Below are positions 58,901-64,000 of a stretch of 64,000 nt of DNA, in pieces. Location: positions 64,001-128,000 of the IMG/VR virus record IMGVR_UViG_3300028591_000095; one strand, written 5' to 3'. The translations under genes and the position numbers were made by a program. The notes under the pieces were generated by a model, which had not been told where the DNA came from, searched no databases, and was given only the letters and a program-made list of their open reading frames with translations. The DNA is from a virus (Duplodnaviria > Caudoviricetes). How positions within the stretch are numbered: position 1 is the first letter of the stretch; every line of letters begins with the position of its first letter.

Positions 58901-60626
58901 CAATATAGAATGAATTCTGAATTCCGTTGAAATGTTTAATATTTGGATTACAGAACAACCAAACCTTTTCTTCAACGTCGTACTTCATGACAATGAAACA
59001 CTGTTCGGATACAGGTCTATTGAATCTGGTAGGTTCAGCAGGAATGATGAAATTGTTTGTTATCTGATTGAATAATATCAAAGTATTGAACATCTCATTC
59101 TCGAGTACGCTGTATATGTCATTGACATACGTTTTGAATGTACCATTGTAGAATGTATCAGGTCTGATGCTTTCAAGGTTTATCCAATCGATTCTATTGT
59201 CATATACAAGCTTGACATCATTGTATATCTTTTCAAACTTATTGATTGATTTCTGTTCAACCAGTGATGTCAATGCTGCAAACTTCAAATAGTTTGAACG
59301 TGCTATTGATACAGCATGGAATATAGATTCAATTGGTTTGACAATGGCAATATCAACATACCATGCATCTGAATTCTCATTGACATTCCTCAGTTCAGCA
59401 CCAACAAGTTCAACTCTTCTTGAAAGATCCTTAATGGTATCAGCATCATATAATACATTAATGAATACACGATGTGATTGAGAATTATCTCTATCGATTA
59501 CGATTGGTGGTGTACAGATATCAACAGTGTAATCAACACGATTGGTTGATGTTTTGATTGTATCTCCATCCGCAGTAACAGGTTCACCATCGATAGTTTC
59601 TACGATACTCTTATTCAGCATATTGAAATAATTCATTGCTGGATAGATATTTGGGATCTCGAAGAAATACTTCAGTTCATATATAACAACACGAACATTT
59701 CCAAGTCGTACATTCTCGGTTACCATGTTACTTGTAGCTGATTGAAGTTGTGGAATATGAATACCCTCTTTATCAATGTAACAGAAGTTTCCAGGAACAT
59801 CTACCGAACCTATCAATCCTTCATAATAGATATCTACAAGACCCGACAAAGTAGTATCATCAAATCCTTCATATCCAGTATCTTTCCATGGAATAAGTAC
59901 ATTACCACCATTGAGTTTGTTAGGTTCAAGCATGAATGAGTAAACCTTTGATGTATCCAATTTATATACAATACATTCAAAGTCGATAGGTTTTCTCCAA
60001 CGAACTTTGAACATCAAACCGTGATCATCAAAAGCAACCATACAATCATTTGAAATCAAACCATTCATGGTAATCAAGATACTGAAATCGAGGATGCCAC
60101 TATAGAGAGGGGTGTTTGTTAATTCAGATATATGAATCCATTTATTAGTTGATTTCACATGCATGTCGTGTAAACGTTGACGAATGAATTCATCACGTTC
60201 TCCAAAATGCATCTGGTCGTATGGTACATCGATAACATAATACTTTGATGCAGGATCATATGTAACGTATTTGTTGTTAGTGCTTTTGACTGAACATATC
60301 ACAGCGTGAGTATTGACAACCATCCTACTCATAGCATTCTTATAATTGAATTTATATGTTTCAATCAATGCATTATTGATGTCATCAAATGTATAATCAG
60401 AATCTTGCATGAGATTCAAGAGTTTGTCAAATCCATAGTTATTACCTACAACCATAAAAGGTTGCTCATCAATTAATTGGGAACCGGATTTAACCAATGG
60501 AAGTAATCTGTCATTGATAGTCTTCCATTTGGTATCATTATAAGTAATCAAACCGTTACGATTTCCATTGATGTACTTATGATATTTATAAAACCAATCT
60601 TGATAATTGATTGTGCTCATGGTCAT
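52971..60626 (-). CDS. very large virion (baseplate/tail) protein with inserted LamG/concanavalin-like domain
   Basis: 2551 aa; late promoter AACC-CAGAGG-TAA at 60645-60657; RTIYIVFK...DYHVACLTFE...VSLYIDG LamG-like strands at about 55520-56250. Confidence 0.65.
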   Translation of the reverse strand: MTMSTINYQDWFYKYHKYINGNRNGLITYNDTKWKTINDRLLPLVKSGSQLIDEQPFMVVGNNYGFDKLLNLMQDSDYTFDDINNALIETYKFNYKNAMSRMVVNTHAVICSVKSTNNKYVTYDPASKYYVIDVPYDQMHFGERDEFIRQRLHDMHVKSTNKWIHISELTNTPLYSGILDFSILITMNGLISNDCMVAFDDHGLMFKVRWRKPIDFECIVYKLDTSKVYSFMLEPNKLNGGNVLIPWKDTGYEGFDDTTLSGLVDIYYEGLIGSVDVPGNFCYIDKEGIHIPQLQSATSNMVTENVRLGNVRVVIYELKYFFEIPNIYPAMNYFNMLNKSIVETIDGEPVTADGDTIKTSTNRVDYTVDICTPPIVIDRDNSQSHRVFINVLYDADTIKDLSRRVELVGAELRNVNENSDAWYVDIAIVKPIESIFHAVSIARSNYLKFAALTSLVEQKSINKFEKIYNDVKLVYDNRIDWINLESIRPDTFYNGTFKTYVNDIYSVLENEMFNTLILFNQITNNFIIPAEPTRFNRPVSEQCFIVMKYDVEEKVWLFCNPNIKHFNGIQNSFYIDTNLKGDEIFKFFVLYTDTEAAGEPNVEPMTGETVFDFDKFCTEIHKHQGYIRYWSAENKLLKISEVLFDDYDGTTCVNVMSKMLKHRIDDELLKQYPSDINYELSGVTTLGTPDEDSLESPFTINYLFYTINLFYNNNDNFLSYFLYRLTHDHHSERYIDIDITSVLNRNDESSVNYSYFYTAPNTVSGELESGVYHQLPFVVQGSAIVNTPYRYVFNSYGNFVRYPLIKENEIDGSKYVQYPDITTAGAVKNSYHDDIKACQLLTEYMSTVHDYMSDFMTNYETSFNQMKLYGLLKDRIYKLKVKADNKLRYPEYMNPDTEQVIRLVFGPFYEQTNKIYETVNALWTITNDMVNNIDFNNRIVSIYRFIQEFNSDIKSVYYNYGFKDYAKPRVRKMYLHFKKINQTMNLFEFKEWASQIDYELIANIEDYVSDNTLYDKPRFTQYQSTFENIRMTLAQSIPNLESTFASLINEYRLQFIRLRNFVYDIIQHYIFDMYRMNVDYEPQTVGDEPKYAKFTLTAGAHTTHPVTGDVVNDVDIILYPKYEYDGTTYTVVALYPVCEYAFFDGTPIDNVQVEVITASGSSYVSADITFSRVGSSSDIADPISLLNELNNTKVDVQNIHETFNVVDGQIVNRKYTDMHYELLIGNRFNQLSHVSELVLNRNTRLPGSIDRIYAPNQMINEYAVGNYGEHTSARMYFKPSQVLHIPTDDDVITSVYGPYVVGQKIYLETADYEYRFPVIVTSIDHSQSHGFLEAKVDDCEWLEVADLLKIQDYLFNDIECHVIPDNVSNFLNEYNDTSLGSYNIIELSEIPYEEMFYFPGDPIFVQNNANYVYTRLNWFIGDNIDNRFIDDEHKQYQFKYIGEFQIYETDISQMPYMDNVDHYYDCLRYLTPTQWYDFEYDHPLPIILNSIGDEHEVIMNLEIHTNTNEIQLSGPDTAGSLDNRTIYIVFKRIDGTPVQADPSTGYALPATILGTSQDTYPEDPVFMLGVYNQDDSNYNNIMFFGGRGSDVSDPWTKSIISTISANDYHVACLTFERGESAGQTVRLVSLYIDGALIDTIEHDYLFYNRIGIAQLVTAYGDPYVIFGNGGQMHTKFIATASSVHTDAMIQANSEWLYDRFINPATKQTEPIYDSFRVNMINHNVNPMTLSEIYPILRSEPDDHDVWDNEIETFNAQKEIGINKTRDLEMYKAGVIEEYTQATTIYDKVRLKNIIDEYDLKIDYWAKYVERMNRYIRNLETPSTWYNIGSYNAALVYIDNGRASQVTNSFVECITDLPYTDKLELYMYDYQNHEWIDPSDYIVSTTIVDGVKFDNPNDFETNNVLHSIDVQLHSAHITQKLLVYVGFNKSDIFTDIELNPPTCNVRFKPFLSINDHIDADIYSEINVRKHFDGYEYYRYTEDNLPNDIDKAYILEGFLVERPDPNGKYTSNPVYRFKDITINNRPYSEFEFYVPFKFKDVTTTQSSDYNTYECTVNVPVDSYQTSTRMTAICVEPDMFNGNLSTLTFELISGDDSDNQSFTVKRCSSDHLDEGDYICSILSSSSAYKSCGGLITISVTKNENNELKCGNWVKLNNPMYHIIPKRFIVSCPSKGGFPYNLIIRDIYYNLQSKWLYPDNSLPDDPYKYYYNSKKHVRYPISDTRHNDHTRRLAINTDTNPNIELVKSPYVGICRYSLDTIPSDGIIDMTGHIPTPLTRDRYEFWVNGRCLNDSKSLHIISPTSIQLCNLNSLRNFECVELVDDMFDSDILPHGNVYIDLYGNYYHTNTYESFLKMMLSNRYIIDQRIDYLFYNLQHSDLFEYTKHVISNPNNHDVEANILDGLILDNTNDYRRFIHQPSINGVTLYNLSVKELGLREVDNNKILAMYDKLWKHEAVVNPYIPLHHKSDILNIPVIKYSIDIDNDCYRIKVAGQYDGFFTIYISSSDSADISDVDNTIQIIPFVNCGTEIILDNISKYKKKYVCTTAYSQPVKLN

Positions 60627-60670
60627 AACCTCCTTTTTAAAAGTTTACCTCTGGGTTTTTATAAGAAAAA

Positions 60671-60696
60671 TACACCCCGGGTAATCCCGGGGTGTA
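60671..60696 (-). terminator. intrinsic terminator
   Basis: TACACCCCGGG-TAAT-CCCGGGGTGTA with a minus-strand T-tract. Confidence 0.8.
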
Positions 60697-60701
60697 ATTA
60701 A

Positions 60702-62090
60702 TCATGATGTGATTAATGCTGTTGTAACAGATGTCCATTCCTTCATACGAATCTCAACAGAATCCTTGACTGGGTTCTGGAAGCATGAGAGATGGAATCC
60801 GTACCAATATTTGAGATGTTCATTAGGCACAATGAACATATTCAACTGATCACCATCGAAGTCAGCATTGAGACCAGCAAGGATTGGTTCACCAACACTG
60901 ATAGTATCATCATTGAGTTTGAAACGTCTGACTTTCAGCAAACAGTTGGATGCGATGTTGTTTACAGGTTCACGCAGCATCATTATCCAAACACCTTCAT
61001 CAAGTATCTCCTGAAGTATAGCATGAACTATCTCTGGATGTTTGTTCATGTTTATCATGAGATATGCCTGTTCAAGTGTTATGTTATAACGTACATGAAT
61101 ACGGTGTGTAACTTTGTACTTCATCAGAGTCATGAGCATTGGGAAAGGTAGGTCAACCTCTCCAGCTGATAAGGTCTGATCAAGAATGATTACACCTCTG
61201 CCAGAGAACTCAAATGTTCCTCCGACAATTTCAGAACGAACCAATCCTGTCTTTGAAGCCATTTCATTATCGATCAGATGTTCAGTAGCACCTAACCAAT
61301 ACTTCTGGAAACAGTTCAGAGCATTGATCTGTTCTTCTTTATAGTACATATCATCCAGTGAACAATAGACTGCACACATCTGTGCATAGAATCTATTGAT
61401 TCTTGGATAGAAGTAAGATTCTGAGGTTTTGGATACCGGGCGGAATGCTGTAGAATACACCGGTATCTTTGAAGTGAAAGCGATTTCTTTTTCTGCAAGA
61501 ATTGTTTCTATATCGGATTTGTTGGTCGAAGTCAAACACGATAATATGATTTCTTCAAAATTCTCATAGAAACCATCATGTCCGATTCCTTTCCATTTCA
61601 GCTTATTCTTCGGAACCTTTTCAAGAATTGTATTTATATCGTCCTGGGATACTTTACCACGACGCTTCTTCTTCGGTTCTTTAGAAGCTTCTTCATCTTT
61701 GTTGTCTTTATCTGTATATTTAATCGAGCTCTTATCTTTGTAATCACCAAGGATGAATCGGAGTAAAGCAGTTCCGATTACACGTTTGATAATTCCATAA
61801 TATACTGGAGTCAGCACACGATGTGGATATATATCCATCCATCCAGTCTTCTTGAAGTTCAGAGATCTGAGAGTTATCTCTGTACGACAATGTGGACACT
61901 TCTGTCCCAAAAGGTCACGTCCAGTGTAACATCCACAATCACACGAAAACTCCGTGTCGGTGAAATTATCTGCATTGATGAGATTGTTTACATTGATTTG
62001 GCCGTAGCTATCTTTCTTTATCTTGAATCCGTTATTGAGTATCATGTCAACACAATACTGTGCTTCCATGTTGTAACGTACACCTTTCAT
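60702..62090 (-). CDS. RNA polymerase beta' subunit N-terminal half with catalytic motif (probably non-virion RNAP)
   Basis: FSCDCG...CPHC zinc finger, IPVYSTAFRP, FSGRGVI, LREP, AGLNADFDGDQLN. Confidence 0.9.
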   Translation of the reverse strand: MKGVRYNMEAQYCVDMILNNGFKIKKDSYGQINVNNLINADNFTDTEFSCDCGCYTGRDLLGQKCPHCRTEITLRSLNFKKTGWMDIYPHRVLTPVYYGIIKRVIGTALLRFILGDYKDKSSIKYTDKDNKDEEASKEPKKKRRGKVSQDDINTILEKVPKNKLKWKGIGHDGFYENFEEIILSCLTSTNKSDIETILAEKEIAFTSKIPVYSTAFRPVSKTSESYFYPRINRFYAQMCAVYCSLDDMYYKEEQINALNCFQKYWLGATEHLIDNEMASKTGLVRSEIVGGTFEFSGRGVIILDQTLSAGEVDLPFPMLMTLMKYKVTHRIHVRYNITLEQAYLMINMNKHPEIVHAILQEILDEGVWIMMLREPVNNIASNCLLKVRRFKLNDDTISVGEPILAGLNADFDGDQLNMFIVPNEHLKYWYGFHLSCFQNPVKDSVEIRMKEWTSVTTALITS

Positions 62091-62112
62091 TCCTATATCC
62101 TCCTTATCACTT

Positions 62113-63750
62113 TTAGAATGTTGCGAACAGCTCTGATATCATATCGATAACACGGGTTGTCATCAAATACGGTTCATAGAACAATTCAGCACCTAACGAA
62201 CTTGGGTCATTGTGGTTTACAATTGTGAATGATGATAACACTACGTGCATGATCGATTCAGATAAGTCATCTCCTGATGCTTCTGATAACAGGTAACGTG
62301 TAATTGAACCATCATTAGTTACATATTTCTTTATATTACTTATATCTTTCTGAGATAAAGTCTTTGATGATTCTGAGGTAGCCTTACCCATCAGAAGATT
62401 TATCAAATCATTTGATACTGTATCTTCTTCATTAAGATTGTATATACGCATAATCATACTACGTACATACAGAAGCAGAATGAATTTCTGTTCCGTTGAG
62501 ATAGTTGACAGTGATATTGATGAATGGAATTTATTGTATAATACTATACGAATCAGCATTGATGCAAGTTCATTCATCTTGGGAAGATTTTCCATATACC
62601 AATTCAATGGTGTGAGGTCAGTTTCCATAATAGCATGACCGATAATCATATTGAGATCACGACGCATACATGTAAACTCACCAGGATTGAACGAACGTAT
62701 CATTGATATTGGTGATGAGGATGAGATATTATCTGTCTGAAGCTGAGAGACGTCATCGACAGATATGAATGTGAATCTGAGTTGAACTTTACGGATTACA
62801 TTTGTTGCATGTCCAACGATAGCCTTGATCAATCCTACACAGGAATGAATTGGACGTTTGAGATATGGATCCCATTCTGATGCAAATGTAAGTTTTATAA
62901 GTCCATCACAGAGTAATGATTTTCTCATAATTGATTGTGCAATAGTAGGTGCAGTAACACCTTCGATAGCCTGCATATCAACTATGTTCGAGTTTGATGT
63001 TATACACTGATTAACAGACTTCTGTACGTAGTCATACAGTACCAAATACATCTTTGGATTAAGCATATTCATAATCTTAGTGTATGCTTTTGCGAATGAT
63101 TCGAATAATGTCTTTGGAGAATTACCCGTTGATATGATGAAATGTTCTATGAAGATATGCATTACTTTCATCATGAATGACAGAATGAATGCATCTTCAA
63201 GGAATTCAACTGGGAACAATCCAATCGTATCATCACCAACATCATTATCTCTTACCATCAATCTAATCTTTTCGATTGTCTTGTCTGGGAAGAGTATTGA
63301 TATCAGACGATCAGAGTATTCTTCAAATGTTGCCATCGTGTAATCCTGAGAATCAGTAACATACTTGGCAACACACATTGATGTCAGTAAGTCATTGTCC
63401 TGATCATATAATGCTGTAAAGAAGTTAATCTGTTCACAGATCAAATTCTGAAGATCAACACGTTTAGATCTTAACTTGAATATCTGACAATTCGGATCGA
63501 GAACATCGTTCGGAAACAATGCGGTGAAGTTTACGATTATCTGAGAACCGTAATGACGCATTACAATATCCTCGGGTTTGGGCTGCCATCTGATAAAACG
63601 TGTCTTCTTATACTTCCTACCATGCATTCCAGTTGGCAAACCATTGAACGGATATTCAGTTCCATGATTAATGTTATACGTATACTGGTCAGCTTTATCA
63701 ATTTCGAAAGTATAGATTTCCGTCTTATTGATGATATCGTCTTTACCCAT
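62113..63750 (-). CDS. probable non-virion RNAP promoter-specificity subunit (phiKZ gp68/AR9 gp226-like)
   Basis: 545-aa helical protein co-transcribed with beta'-N; size, position and the segments ICEQINFFTALYDQDNDL and FILSFMMKVMHIFIEHF recall this family (not alignment-verified). Confidence 0.45.
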   Translation of the reverse strand: MGKDDIINKTEIYTFEIDKADQYTYNINHGTEYPFNGLPTGMHGRKYKKTRFIRWQPKPEDIVMRHYGSQIIVNFTALFPNDVLDPNCQIFKLRSKRVDLQNLICEQINFFTALYDQDNDLLTSMCVAKYVTDSQDYTMATFEEYSDRLISILFPDKTIEKIRLMVRDNDVGDDTIGLFPVEFLEDAFILSFMMKVMHIFIEHFIISTGNSPKTLFESFAKAYTKIMNMLNPKMYLVLYDYVQKSVNQCITSNSNIVDMQAIEGVTAPTIAQSIMRKSLLCDGLIKLTFASEWDPYLKRPIHSCVGLIKAIVGHATNVIRKVQLRFTFISVDDVSQLQTDNISSSSPISMIRSFNPGEFTCMRRDLNMIIGHAIMETDLTPLNWYMENLPKMNELASMLIRIVLYNKFHSSISLSTISTEQKFILLLYVRSMIMRIYNLNEEDTVSNDLINLLMGKATSESSKTLSQKDISNIKKYVTNDGSITRYLLSEASGDDLSESIMHVVLSSFTIVNHNDPSSLGAELFYEPYLMTTRVIDMISELFATF

Positions 63751-63778
63751 GTATCAAACACCTCTTTCTGAAAATATA

Positions 63779-64000
63779 TTAAATACCGTTGCTGGCAATA
63801 GATGTAAACATAACGATCTTATTATTCTTTCTCAGCTCCGTAGGTACATCTGATTCCACGACTTCGGAAACGTACATGAAATCATCAACGATTGTAATCA
63901 GTATTGGAGCTTTTACATCTTTACATTTATTTATTGATTCTGGGTTAGATGTTGTGAAAGTATAATTAGGGCGTTCGTTTAATATGGGGACTAAATCCCC
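63779..64000 (-). CDS. partial hypothetical protein (3' end), enters from the right edge
   Basis: Open frame GDLVPILNERPNYTFTTSNPES...KIVMFTSIASNGI* with TAA at 63779-63781. Confidence 0.6.
   Translation of the reverse strand, partial: GDLVPILNERPNYTFTTSNPESINKCKDVKAPILITIVDDFMYVSEVVESDVPTELRKNNKIVMFTSIASNGI

Noticed and set aside
63986-64000. GGGGACTAAATCCCC hairpin at the window end
   Set aside because: Lies inside an open minus-strand reading frame; short stem, not a supported terminator
1-64000. Alternative genetic code (stop-codon reassignment)
   Set aside because: Long genes are intact under the standard code, and TAA, TAG and TGA all end genes next to terminators or downstream starts
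1-64000. Uracil-substituted genome like PBS1/AR9
   Set aside because: An intact thyX argues for dTMP synthesis; cannot be determined from sequence alone
1-64000. Phage nucleus shell (chimallin) or PhuZ tubulin, tRNAs, group I introns in RNAP genes
   Set aside because: No recognisable motifs or cloverleafs; the RNAP ORFs here are uninterrupted

Overview
This window is a 64-kb, AT-rich segment of a jumbo bacteriophage of the phiKZ/AR9(PBS1)-like type. Diagnostic genes are split multisubunit RNA polymerase subunits (beta N-half, beta C-fragment, beta' N-half with NADFDGD, beta' C-half, and a probable promoter-specificity subunit), a split family-B DNA polymerase, a prohead protease, a gp25-like baseplate protein and very large virion proteins. 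It also carries gyrA, a UvsW-like helicase with a class-3 intein, thyX, dCMP deaminase, a DUF5664 nucleotide hydrolase, a DUF5565-type RNA ligase, DHH, MYG1 and metallophosphoesterase genes, an M23 endolysin, a SleB-like hydrolase and holin-like genes. The regulatory grammar can be read from the sequence. Nine copies of a putative early promoter (RTATWTAYATHATT-N3-RTG) precede plus-strand accessory genes. About nine copies of an AR9-like late promoter (AACC-N6-TAA) mostly precede structural/lysis genes. About 20 GC-rich hairpin terminators separate the units. The most striking observation is a late operon with two adjacent proteins that start with cellulosome-type dockerin modules, one fused via a Pro/Thr linker to an L,D-transpeptidase-like domain. 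This suggests a cellulosome-producing (Ruminococcus-like) host and a possible phage system that plugs into host cohesins. All protein calls come from motif recognition by eye, with no database search. No tRNA, rRNA or CRISPR array was seen.
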